Assembly (NCBI GenBank): GCA_963665615.2
Contig: CAXXQE010000008.1
Span: 868,001-932,000 of the forward strand
Direction of reading: 5' to 3'
DNA: 64,000 nt
Source of the DNA: Syntrophales bacterium
Lineage (GTDB): Bacteria > Desulfobacterota > Syntrophia > Syntrophales > UBA4778
Below, piece by piece: positions 19,901 to 29,019 of the stretch. How positions within the stretch are numbered: the stretch's first letter is position 1; the number at the start of each line of letters is the position of its first letter. The position numbers and the translations under genes are program-made. The notes below the pieces were generated by a model. It searched no databases. It saw nothing but the letters and a program-made list of their open reading frames with translations, and was not told the DNA's origin.

Positions 19901-21927
19901 CTAAAATCTTCCAAGCAGCTTGAACTGGAAGAGGCGACCGTCCTGCTCGATAACCTCCTGCCGAAATTCTCCCGCCACCGGGTCCGCGTATTTCGTATTC
20001 GTCAAATTATATAGGGACGCCGACAGATCGACGTTATGAAAGAGACGCTGTCCGTACAAGGTCAGATTGGCAACAACGTACCCCCCCTCCTCCTGGCCGG
20101 ACCGTGTCTTTCTGCGACCGGTATATTGCAGATCGATCCCGGCAAAGATCTTTTTGACAATAATCGGTGCGATCACGTTGAATTTGAAGAGATGCTGTGG
20201 CGAATTCGTCAGGGTTTCGTCGGTGATGTCATCCACGACCCGCTGTAGCGTATAGCCAAGGCGCCCCTGGACGCCGTTTGACCACTTGCCTTCTATCTCC
20301 GTCTCAATTCCCTTGGCCTGGACACGTCCACTGTTTCTGAAGACGAGCAGGCCGTCGGCCGGATCGGTCGCCTGTGTGATCAGGTCTCTGAGCCGGTAGA
20401 AAAATCCGCCCAGAGAAGACCGCAGGTGCTCTCCGATGTATTGTTCATAAGCGATCTCGTAGGTCCGGATCGTTTCCGGTTTGAGATCAGGATTGGGTTT
20501 TTGCGATACGCCATTGTCGCCGTAATAGAGCTCGTAGACGTTCGGCGCTCGGAAAGCGCACCCATAGAGCAGCTTGAAGATGCTCTTCTCCTGCGGCTTG
20601 TAGATCAGCGCCAGACGCGGGTTGGTTGTTCCGCCGAAGTTGCTGTATTCGTCATGGCGCACCCCGATATTGGCAATCAGACTGGGACGGAGGTGAAACT
20701 CGTCCTGCATATAAAAGGCATAGCTGTGGGAGTTTCGGCTGTCGTCCAGGTTATATGCAGAATCCCCGTCATTGTAGTTTTGCTGATCCTGCCGGATGTT
20801 ATAGCGTCCTTCCGTGCCGAAGGTGATCAGGTGTCGTTGCCAGAGATGGCCCGTATAGAGGAGCTCTCCGCCGACCCACTGGCCGTCCGCTCGGTCGCGG
20901 TTGACAACGGGCGGATCCCCCGGGTTGGCGCCTTCGAAGACGTAATCCCCTCGATACCGGTAGTCGTCCAGGTAGATTCGGGCAGTCAGTTCGTCCTGCC
21001 GATCCAGACGGGTCGAGTATTTCAGATCAACATACCCGTGGGCGTCGAGGCTCCGGTTTCGATCGTCATTGAATACGACGCCGTAAGAGCCGGTCGGGAT
21101 TTCCTTGTCCCGGTTGACGTAGGCGGTGCTGAGTGTGAAATCCCGCAGGGCGGTTTTTGCAAAAAAACTGTAACTCCGGTCGCGGTCGCCGTTTTCGGCA
21201 ATGCCGTTATGAGTGGCGGGACTGTCGTAGGCGCTGTAGTAGAGATTTTTCTTTCCTTCGCTCTGGTAAGTAGTGCCGGAGATGAGCGTCTCTAAGCCGC
21301 CTGGTGACTTCGTTCCGTAGCTGAGCCGGCCGCCGTATGTTTGTTGGGATCCAGCGGACAGGGCGACTTCTGCCCCCTTCATGTCCTTGCCCTGGCGGGT
21401 GATGATATTGATGACGCCGAAGAAGGCGCTGGTGCCGTAAAGAGAGGAACTGGGGCCACGGATGATCTCGATGCGATCAATCAGGTCGATGTCCAGCGGG
21501 AATTCGGTGCCGATGGCGGCCGTTTCGTACAGATTGTCATTGATCCGGTGACCGTCGATGAGCATCAGTACGCGGCTGTTGAAGTCGCCGGGACGGCTGA
21601 AGCCGCGCAGGCCGAGGTAGTGATAGTTGCGGTCGTAGCTGACGTAAAATCCCCGGACGCTGCGCAAGGCGTCAGCGAGGGTGCGATAGCCGTACTTTCT
21701 GATTTCGTCGGCCGTGACGACGCTGACTGCCGCCGGGGCGTCCGTAATTTTCTGCTCGAACTTGCAGGCCCCGTTAATCGTGGGGACATCGAGGTTCATC
21801 AACTCCTCAATGCTCATGTCTTCGACAGGTTTTGACGGTTCTTCGGCTTCAACAACGGGCTGGATTGCGAAGCTCCATAGAATCAGCAAAGCGACAACGC
21901 CGATCGGTTTCTTTACGGCTACCCCAT
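19901..21927 (-). CDS. TonB-dependent receptor (apparent 1-nt deletion just after the natural ATG; continuous frame 19901-21889)
   Basis: Plug motifs (DAPAAVSVVTADEIRKYG, LMLIDGHRIND, IDRIEIIRGPSSSLYG); C-terminal Phe. SD AGGAGG precedes ATG 21927, which reads ATG GGG TAG, out of frame with the rest of the gene. Confidence 0.88.
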
Positions 21928-22213
21928 AGCCTCTCCTCCTACGCTTGGCGGTGAGAATTTGATTACACGATTCTTACTGTTATATCGGCAGAACAAGGCA
22001 GCCTCTTGAATCCGACAGCGAACGCTTCCCCCTGTGAAGCGCCATCTGAAAACATATATGCAGGAAACATAGAAACCGCTTTGTCAAAAAGGCCTTTATC
22101 AAGCTGCAGTTAGAAAACGGATCCTTGAAAAGGTTCCTCGGGGATCTTCTCAACCGAACGGGGAAACTATAAAAATACGGAAAAATGAAGTGAAATCGGA
22201 TAGAGGCTATGTC

Positions 22214-23914
22214 TCAGTACGGCAGACGGATAAAGTGTTGAACGCCGTTGGACCAGATGACCTTTAGGCGAGGAAATTCTTGTTTCAGTTCGTTAAGGCT
22301 TCCTTTTTTGACCGCGATACAGTAAACACTTCCCCGTTTTTCTCTCACGAGGCGAAAGAAATCCTGCTGAGATAGAAAATACTTTGCTCTCTCGATCGCG
22401 GGCAATTTTTCCATTCCAAAACCCATTTCTCCAAAGCTATCCACAACAGATGTTCGGATGTCCGTATAACTTTCAATACCGTAGAGGAACGTTTTGTATT
22501 GGTAAATCCCTTCGCCGGCGGGGAGATAGATTTGGATGGCCTTTGACAGTGAATAGGAGCTCTTGTAAGGCGCCAGAAAGGCTGAGGCTGGGAAGACCAG
22601 AGAAATCAGAAAGAGTGCGGAAAGCAGATAGACCGTCAGGAACCAGCCTGTATTAAACCGTCGTTTGATCATCCCCGGCAAAAATACCATGAGGCATTGC
22701 GTGGCAACCGGCAGAAGGATTAAACCCCACCAGTTGCGCGGGGAACTGATAATGAGATCACCCCCAAGCTCGGTGTGATCTTTCATAAAGCAAGGCGTCA
22801 GGAGCAGAGCAATAAACAGCAGGGACTGAATAGCGACAGGCAGGTAGTAATAAAATTTGTCTTTACTTCCCCGCATGGGACGCCATGTTTGTTCATCATA
22901 TCCCCTGAACAGATGACCGAGCATAATGGAAATCGGCAGGAAGATCGGCGCGATGTAAGGAATGAGTTTTGAAGATGAAATGGAAAAGAAGATAAAGACA
23001 AAAACACTCCAGATGACGAGAAAAGACAGGTTTGCCTTTCCCCAGGTCACATCATACACGCCGGTGCATCTGGCGCGAATAGCCTGAATCAGGGAAGCAA
23101 GCCAGGGAAGCGTTCCAAGGATAACGATAGGCACATAGAAAAAGAAAGATTGATACCGGCCGTGAATCTTCGTCGCATAGCGCAGGATGTGTTCATGTAT
23201 GAAAAAGAACCATAGAAAATCATGGTTCGCCTTTTGGGCAAGAAAAATCCATGGCGTGATGATGGTGCACAGTATCAGCAGTCCCACAGGAGAAAAGAGT
23301 TTTACGATATCCCGTCCTCTTTTTGTAAAGAGCAGCCAGAAAAAGAGGATGGCAAATGGAAAGACGATTCCGATGAGCCCTTTTGTGAGGAAGGCCAGGG
23401 CGCAGGCCGCATACATCGCATAGCGCCAGGTTCTCACCGGCCTGCTTCCGACCAGGTAGCGATATCCCGCCCATGTTGCCAGGCAGACGAAGAAGGCCAG
23501 GGGAATATCCAATATCGCCATTCGACCAAGAACGAAAAGATACAGGAGCGTGCTCAAAACACCTGCCGAGTAGAGGCCAGTTTTTTCGTCATATAAGAAA
23601 GAGGCCACTGTAAAGGTAAGCAGAATACACCCCCAGGCGCACAGGGCCGGGAAAAGGCGGGTAGAAAATTCATTTTCCCCGAACAGCTTGAAAAAAATTG
23701 CCGTTACCCAGGTTTCAAGAGGGGGTTTTTCCAGATAAACGACATGATTGAGATGTGGCGTTACATAATCCCCCGTATCAAGCATGTTATCCGCCAGTTC
23801 GCTGTATCGGGTTTCGTCAGGATCCAGAAGGGGCATGATGTGCAGCGTCGCTACATACAGGAGACAGGGAACAAGGAAAAGAAATAAAAATTTACCCTTG
23901 GCAGTGATCGGCAT
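22214..23914 (-). CDS. ArnT/PMT-like glycosyltransferase (GT-C fold, family 39/83)
   Basis: DPDETRY, YLEKPPL, AFLTKGLIG, SSSKLIPYI; many TM segments. Confidence 0.9.
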   Translation of the reverse strand: MPITAKGKFLFLFLVPCLLYVATLHIMPLLDPDETRYSELADNMLDTGDYVTPHLNHVVYLEKPPLETWVTAIFFKLFGENEFSTRLFPALCAWGCILLTFTVASFLYDEKTGLYSAGVLSTLLYLFVLGRMAILDIPLAFFVCLATWAGYRYLVGSRPVRTWRYAMYAACALAFLTKGLIGIVFPFAILFFWLLFTKRGRDIVKLFSPVGLLILCTIITPWIFLAQKANHDFLWFFFIHEHILRYATKIHGRYQSFFFYVPIVILGTLPWLASLIQAIRARCTGVYDVTWGKANLSFLVIWSVFVFIFFSISSSKLIPYIAPIFLPISIMLGHLFRGYDEQTWRPMRGSKDKFYYYLPVAIQSLLFIALLLTPCFMKDHTELGGDLIISSPRNWWGLILLPVATQCLMVFLPGMIKRRFNTGWFLTVYLLSALFLISLVFPASAFLAPYKSSYSLSKAIQIYLPAGEGIYQYKTFLYGIESYTDIRTSVVDSFGEMGFGMEKLPAIERAKYFLSQQDFFRLVREKRGSVYCIAVKKGSLNELKQEFPRLKVIWSNGVQHFIRLPY

Positions 23915-23969
23915 GATCTGAATTCCTCCGTTGAGACCGCATGTCCGTCGTTTAAGAGAGACCTACTCG

Positions 23970-24716
23970 CTACAGTCTATTAATCATGCTGGCCAGATAT
24001 CCAGCGCCGAAGCCGTTGTCTATATTCACGACGCAGACTCCTGCGGCGCAGCTGTTGAGCATGGTCAGAAGGGGGGCCAGGCCCTGGAAGCTGGCCCCGT
24101 AGCCGACGCTTGTCGGGACAGCAATGACCGGTTTGTCGACCAGGCCGCCGACGATGCTCGGCAGGGCGCCTTCCATACCGGCAACGACGATAACCACGCG
24201 TGCGCTCCGGATTTCCTCCAGGTTGTGAAAGAGGCGATGAATGCCGGCGACACCGACATCGGCAATAAGCCGGACGCGATTACCGAAGTGCTCTGCGGTC
24301 ACAGCGGCTTCCTCCGCAACCGGCAGGTCGGAAGTCCCGGCAGTGACGATGCTGATAAAGCTTTCGGGAACGACCGGTTCTTTCTTGCGGACGGTGATCG
24401 TTCTGGCGACGGGATGATAGACAGCGTCCGGGCACAGCGGCTCGATCACGGCGAAGAGCTCAGGGATCGCCCGCGTAGCCAGAATGTTCGAACCGCGCGC
24501 CAGCATGGCCTCTACAATCTGTCGAAACTGTTCCGGCGTTTTCCCCGGGCAGTAGATGACTTCCGGATAACCGACGCGCGTTTCCCGCGTCGCATCGATC
24601 TTGGCGCAGCCGATATCGAGATAGCTATGGTGCTTGAAAAGACCGATACCCTCTTCCACACTCAACTGCCCGTCGCGGATCTTCTCCAGAAATGTTCTCA
24701 GCGCCTCGTTTTTCAT
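23970..24716 (-). CDS. larB: Nickel-pincer cofactor biosynthesis protein LarB
   Basis: PEVIYCPGKT, TAGTSDLPVAEEA, DVGVAGIHRL, AGMEGALPS, PTSVGYG, VVNIDNGFGAG. Confidence 0.95.
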   Translation of the reverse strand: MKNEALRTFLEKIRDGQLSVEEGIGLFKHHSYLDIGCAKIDATRETRVGYPEVIYCPGKTPEQFRQIVEAMLARGSNILATRAIPELFAVIEPLCPDAVYHPVARTITVRKKEPVVPESFISIVTAGTSDLPVAEEAAVTAEHFGNRVRLIADVGVAGIHRLFHNLEEIRSARVVIVVAGMEGALPSIVGGLVDKPVIAVPTSVGYGASFQGLAPLLTMLNSCAAGVCVVNIDNGFGAGYLASMINRL

Positions 24717-24770
24717 ATGCTTCCAGCTACCTGTTCACTATTGGCGATTTCGTAATCAATTGGCAAACGT

Positions 24771-24840
24771 GTCATCCCCGCGCAGGCGGGGATCCAGGTC
24801 TTTGACAAACTGCCTGGACTCCCGCCTGCGCGGGGATGAC
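24771..24840. repeat. REP/dRS3-like palindromic element with 28-bp inverted arms
   Basis: GTCATCCCCGCGCAGGCGGGGATCCAGG-N14-CCTGGACTCCCGCCTGCGCGGGGATGAC; 26/28 positions complementary. Confidence 0.85.
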
Positions 24841-24863
24841 ATGAAATGGGACTTTTTACGACT

Positions 24864-24918
24864 TCATCACTTGTCACTCGCTACCCGTCACTTGTCGCTG
24901 CGGCGCCAGTCGCATTCA
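24864..24918 (-). repeat. Hairpin+heptamer repeat family, copy overlapping the larE 3' end
   Basis: TCATCAC TTGTCAC TCGCTAC CCGTCAC TTGTCGC TGCGGC-GCCA-GTCGCA TTCA; 40/47 identical to 27107-27153 by hand alignment. Confidence 0.8.
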
Positions 24919-25726
24919 ACGGTTCATTCATGCTGCCGGTCCGGTAGCCCCTGAGATCCATTGTCACATAGGTGAACCCCTGTGCCCTGAATGTCTCATG
25001 GAGTTGATCCATAAGAGAGGGGTCGCAGAGGCGAAGGCGTTCGTTGCCGCCGACCTCGATCCGTGCGAGTTCGCCGTGATCGCGGACGCGGACCTGTCGG
25101 AAGCCCAAGTTGAGCAGGTACTGCTCCAGCACGTCGATCCTATGCAGTTTTTCCCGTGTGATCGGCACGCCGTAGGGAATGCGCGAGGCGAGGCACGCAA
25201 AGGCGGGTTTGTCCCACGTTGGCAGCCCCAGCTCCTTTGACAGGGCGCGGATTTCCGCCTTGCCCAGACCCGCATCGCGGAGAGGCGTCACGATGCCCAG
25301 TTCCAGAATGGCCTGACGGCCGGGGCGATAGTCGCCGTCATCGTCTGTATTGGATCCTTCGGCCACGCGGGAAATTCCGTTTTCGCTGGCACAGGTTATC
25401 ATCTTTGAGAAGAGTTCCCGCTTGCAGAGATAGCAGCGATTCACCGGGTTGTCTGAAAAACCGTCGATGTTCAGTTCCTCCGAATCGATCAGCAGATGGC
25501 GGACGCCGATCGCCGCCGCAAAGGCGATAGTCTCTTTCAATTCCCGCTCAGGAAAGGAGGCGGAACGGGCCGTGACGGCTATGACGCGGTCGCCCAGGAC
25601 ATCGTGAGCAACCTTTAGCAGAAAGGTGCTGTCCACACCGCCGGAAAAGGCGATGGCGACCCGGTCCATTGCGCCGAGTTGTTCGCGCAATCGGGCTAAT
25701 TTTTCGGAGAGACGCCGGTCGCTCAT
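24881..25726 (-). CDS. larE: ATP-dependent sulfur transferase LarE
   Basis: PP-loop AFSGGVDS, NRCYLCK, DYRPG, ACLASRIPYG, GFRQVRVR, GYRTGSMN. ATG 25726 overlaps the larC stop. Confidence 0.95.
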   Translation of the reverse strand: MSDRRLSEKLARLREQLGAMDRVAIAFSGGVDSTFLLKVAHDVLGDRVIAVTARSASFPERELKETIAFAAAIGVRHLLIDSEELNIDGFSDNPVNRCYLCKRELFSKMITCASENGISRVAEGSNTDDDGDYRPGRQAILELGIVTPLRDAGLGKAEIRALSKELGLPTWDKPAFACLASRIPYGVPITREKLHRIDVLEQYLLNLGFRQVRVRDHGELARIEVGGNERLRLCDPSLMDQLHETFRAQGFTYVTMDLRGYRTGSMNEPLNATGAAATSDG

Positions 25727-26928
25727 GGGGTTTCCTTGTCCGGGGCGGGCTGAATGGCGCATAAAACCTCACGAATGGAGACACCCTTTTCATGGGCCAG
25801 CTTTTTACAGACCTCGTATTCCGGTTTCGACTTAATCCGACGACCGCGCCAGTAAGCGTTTTTCACGGGAATCGCGCCAAAGGGCGTATCGACCTCGGAA
25901 ATGTCGCGACGCAGCATCCGCTTGGTGACGTTGTGGCGTCGCAGGCCGAAGGTCGTTGTATGCAGCCAGAGCACCTCTTCGAGGGCCGCGATCCTGGGCG
26001 CTTCGCAGAGGATGCTTATCTTCACGGCGGGTCGCGATTTCTTCATGATGATCGGCGTCAGATAGACATCCTGCGCACCCCGGGCGAAGAGGGTTTCGAT
26101 GATGGCCTCGTAGGCCTCGGGGCTCATGTCGTCGATATTGGTTTCGATGAGGCAGGCCTGGCCGGTCTCCAGATCGTCGTCTGCGAGTGCCGCGCCGCTT
26201 TCACACAGAAAAACCCGCAGGACGTTGGGAATGTCGAGATCCCGCATACCGATACCGTAGCCGATGGCCGTCGGCGTAAAATCCAGTCGCTCGGTGAAGT
26301 GGTTGACGGTGGCAGCGAGGATAGCGGCGCCGGTCGGGGTGGTGGTCTCAAAGGGAACGATACCTGTCCGGATCGGGGCGCCCTTGAGGAGTTCGACGGT
26401 TGCCGGTGCCGGCACGGGCAGGACGCCGTGAGCGCATGTGACGAAGCCCCCGCCGACCTGGACCGGTGTCGCGACAATCCGCTCCACCTTGAGATCGTCG
26501 AGGCAGACGGCCGTGCCGACGATATCCACGATGGAATCGACCGCGCCGACTTCATGAAAGGCGACTTCGTCGATGGCATGGCCGTGGATCTTGGCCTCTG
26601 CCTCGGCGAGACGGGTAAAGACGGCGAGACTGGTCTTCTTGACCTTTTCGGCGAGGGCGCTCTCAACGATCATCTGCTGGATGGTACGGAAAGTCCGGTG
26701 CGGGTGCTCATGCACGGCTTCTCTGGTATCGGGTAGCACGACCTTGACTTGTGTTCCCGAAATTCCCTTACGGCTGTCGCGTGTCACGTCGATCTTCCAG
26801 GAACCGAGCGGGAGCTTCGACAGTTCCGCGCGGAGGCGCGCCTGATCAGCGCCGAGATCGATCAGCGCCGCCAGCGTCATGTCGCCGCTGATTCCGGCAA
26901 AACAATCGAAGAAGAGGAGTTTTGGCAT
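25723..26928 (-). CDS. larC: Nickel insertase LarC (single fused ORF)
   Basis: FDCFAGISGDM, His motif HEHPHR, FHEVGAVDSIVD, AHGVLPVPAPAT, TPTGAA, ETNIDDMSPE, MKKSRP, KPEYE. Start ATG 26928. Confidence 0.95.
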   Translation of the reverse strand: MPKLLFFDCFAGISGDMTLAALIDLGADQARLRAELSKLPLGSWKIDVTRDSRKGISGTQVKVVLPDTREAVHEHPHRTFRTIQQMIVESALAEKVKKTSLAVFTRLAEAEAKIHGHAIDEVAFHEVGAVDSIVDIVGTAVCLDDLKVERIVATPVQVGGGFVTCAHGVLPVPAPATVELLKGAPIRTGIVPFETTTPTGAAILAATVNHFTERLDFTPTAIGYGIGMRDLDIPNVLRVFLCESGAALADDDLETGQACLIETNIDDMSPEAYEAIIETLFARGAQDVYLTPIIMKKSRPAVKISILCEAPRIAALEEVLWLHTTTFGLRRHNVTKRMLRRDISEVDTPFGAIPVKNAYWRGRRIKSKPEYEVCKKLAHEKGVSIREVLCAIQPAPDKETP

Positions 26929-26944
26929 GAATCGCCTCGTAGCC

Positions 26945-27153
26945 TGCGGCCGACGCCGCAAGTATTGGTTTTTAGAGGCTGACGCCTCGGTGACAAGTGA
27001 TGAGTGACAAGTAACAAGTAAAATACACTCGCATCAAACATGCCTTTACGGGGTGTCATCTTGGGTTGGCTCGCAGTACCATAGATACGCAACAAATGCT
27101 CTTGCCTGTCACTCGTTACTTATCACTTGTCACTGCGGCGTCAGCCGCATTCA
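26945..27153. repeat. Hairpin+heptamer repeat family: complete inverted doublet plus an extra hairpin, between larC and aroF
   Basis: TGCGGC-CGAC-GCCGCA (26945-26960); GAGGC-TGAC-GCCTC followed by GTGACAA GTGATGA GTGACAA GTAACAA (26975-27017); inverted CTGTCAC TCGTTAC TTATCAC TTGTCAC followed by TGCGGC-GTCA-GCCGCA (27106-27149). Confidence 0.85.
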
Positions 27154-28161
27154 GTATCCCATGAAGGATCTGAGCGCGTTCAACTCATCCATCAGTTTGC
27201 TGAAGCCCTGGAGGGTCAGACTCTGCGGGCCGTCCGAGAGCGCCTTGTCAGGATCGGGGTGGACTTCGACGATCACGCCGTTGGCCCCTGCGATCAAGGC
27301 AGCCTTCACCATCGGAGGAACCAGACTGCGCTTGCCCGTGGCGTGTGACGGATCGACGATGATTGGCAGATGCGACAACTCGTTGATCAGCGGGATGACG
27401 GAGAGATCGAGGCTGTTGCGAGTGGCAGTTTCAAAGGTGCGGATGCCCCGTTCACAGAGGATCACGTGGTGGTTGCCCTCCGCATAAATGTACTCCGCTG
27501 CCGCCAGGAATTCCTCGATCGTGGCGCTCAGGCCGCGCTTGAGCAAAACGGGTTTGTTAATCCGTCCCAGTTCCCGCAGAAGGTCGAAATTCTGCATGTT
27601 GCGCGCGCCGACCTGGAGGACGTCGGCGTAGCCCGCCACGAGGTCGACGTTCTCCGAGGTCATGACCTCAGTAACGATCGGAAGGCCCGATTTCCTGCCC
27701 GCCTCAGCCAGCAGGTCGAGTCCTTCCTCTTTCAGGCCCTGGAAGGTGTGCGGGCCCGTTCGGGGTTTGAAGGCGCCGCCGCGAAGGAAATCCGCACCGG
27801 ATTTTTTAACCGCGAGAGCGGTTTTGACGATCTGCTGCCTGCTTTCGACGGCGCAGGGACCGGCAATGACGACGGGCTTTTTCCCTTCGCCGATGACGAT
27901 GTTTCCGACCTGAACGAGGGTGGCCTTCGGATGAAAGTCGCGCGATACCATCTTGTACGGCTTGGTGACGTGGATGATTTCCTTTACACCCGGCAGATAG
28001 CGGATAGTCATGTCATCCACGTAACCCTTGTTGCCCAGAACACCGATCGCCGTTCGCTCGTTGCCGGGAATGGGTTTGGCGATCAACCCCATTTTTTTTA
28101 CGACTGCCATGACCGATTCGATCTGTTTGCGGCCGGCCTTGTGATGCATGACAATTAACAA
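27151..28161 (-). CDS. aroF: 3-deoxy-7-phosphoheptulonate (DAHP) synthase, type I-beta with N-terminal regulatory domain
   Basis: [56 protein letters not shown] start at 28161 after GGAGG. Confidence 0.93.
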   Translation of the reverse strand: MLIVMHHKAGRKQIESVMAVVKKMGLIAKPIPGNERTAIGVLGNKGYVDDMTIRYLPGVKEIIHVTKPYKMVSRDFHPKATLVQVGNIVIGEGKKPVVIAGPCAVESRQQIVKTALAVKKSGADFLRGGAFKPRTGPHTFQGLKEEGLDLLAEAGRKSGLPIVTEVMTSENVDLVAGYADVLQVGARNMQNFDLLRELGRINKPVLLKRGLSATIEEFLAAAEYIYAEGNHHVILCERGIRTFETATRNSLDLSVIPLINELSHLPIIVDPSHATGKRSLVPPMVKAALIAGANGVIVEVHPDPDKALSDGPQSLTLQGFSKLMDELNALRSFMGY

Positions 28162-28263
28162 ATTATTCCCCTCCTGCAGCCAACGTAAAACATTCTTGAT
28201 AACTTTCAACTTCCGATTAACTTCATAACGAGTCGGAAACGCTGTAGCACTTTATTCGGCGGG

Positions 28264-28293
28264 CTATTACTTGTCACTGCGACATCAGTCGTT
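28264..28293 (-). repeat. Hairpin+heptamer repeat family, copy containing the nitroreductase stop codon
   Basis: CTATTAC TTGTCAC TGCGAC-ATCA-GTCG; the TGA stop lies in the hairpin loop. Confidence 0.65.
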
Positions 28294-28869
28294 CTTGTCC
28301 GGATTGATGATAAGGTCTTTTAAGTCCCTTTTGGGAACATGATGCGTCCCTTCAGTGTCCCGCCAGTATCTCACATTGCCCTGGGGGCCTATCGCTTCAA
28401 TCACGACATTTTCCTTCGGCTCACCGAGGGCCAGAACGAGCAGGATCTCAAATTGCCAGGGAATCTGGAGCGCGTCGCGCAATCGTTCCCGCTGAATGGA
28501 GGCAATCATGCAGCCGCCGAGGCCTTTTTCAACGGCTCCCAACAGGATCGTCTGAGCGGCGATCCCATCGTCGAAATGGAAGGACGAGGCGAGCTCCTTG
28601 TCGCCGAGCATGACGATGTAAGCGGCTGGCCGCTCTCCGTCGGACGGGCCCGGCCAGTCCGGAAGATACCCCGCCCAGGCCAATGTCGGGAAGATCAATG
28701 CGTTGGTTTCGGGGGCGCAGGACAGGAAATATTTTAGAGGTTGCTTGTTGGCCGCGGACGGGGTGAGACGGGCCAGTTCGACCAACGCCTCGAGGGTCGC
28801 CCTCGGGATGCCCTGACTCTGGTTGAATCGCCGATAGCTGCGATTTTTCAATATGAGCTCTTTTAACAT
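28285..28869 (-). CDS. Nitroreductase family protein
   Basis: NRSYRRF, PSAANKQP, AQTILLGAVEKGLGGC, HHVPKR. Start 28869 or 28890. Confidence 0.92.
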   Translation of the reverse strand: MLKELILKNRSYRRFNQSQGIPRATLEALVELARLTPSAANKQPLKYFLSCAPETNALIFPTLAWAGYLPDWPGPSDGERPAAYIVMLGDKELASSFHFDDGIAAQTILLGAVEKGLGGCMIASIQRERLRDALQIPWQFEILLVLALGEPKENVVIEAIGPQGNVRYWRDTEGTHHVPKRDLKDLIINPDKND

Positions 28870-28922
28870 GAGATGATCCCTGTTCAACATAAAGTCATTT
28901 TACTGATAGCGGAGTTCGGGGC

Positions 28923-28967
28923 AAAAAGCAAGACCCCCTCGAGTTGATGCTCCAGGGGGTCTTGTTT
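28923..28967 (-). terminator. Rho-independent terminator after the two small membrane-protein genes
   Basis: Minus strand CAAGACCCCCT-loop-AGGGGGTCTTG followed by CTTTTT. Confidence 0.75.
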
Positions 28968-29019
28968 AGGTGATGTCAAGGAGCTTTGGACTCCTTCGAC
29001 GCGGGAGACGGTTAGTGGG

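Noticed and set aside
21930..22213. Cobalamin riboswitch or Fur box upstream of the TonB receptors (also 3430-3690)
   Set aside because: No recognisable B12-box or Fur palindrome by eye, so no ligand is assigned.
22214..23914. Horizontally acquired island around the somewhat AT-richer ArnT-like gene
   Set aside because: The composition shift is only judged by eye and may reflect Phe/Ile-rich membrane codons; there is no integrase, tRNA or flanking direct repeat.
26975..27149. CRISPR array interpretation of the heptamer/hairpin repeats
   Set aside because: The units are 7-bp tandem and inverted, not 23-47 bp direct repeats with regular unique spacers, and there are no cas genes.
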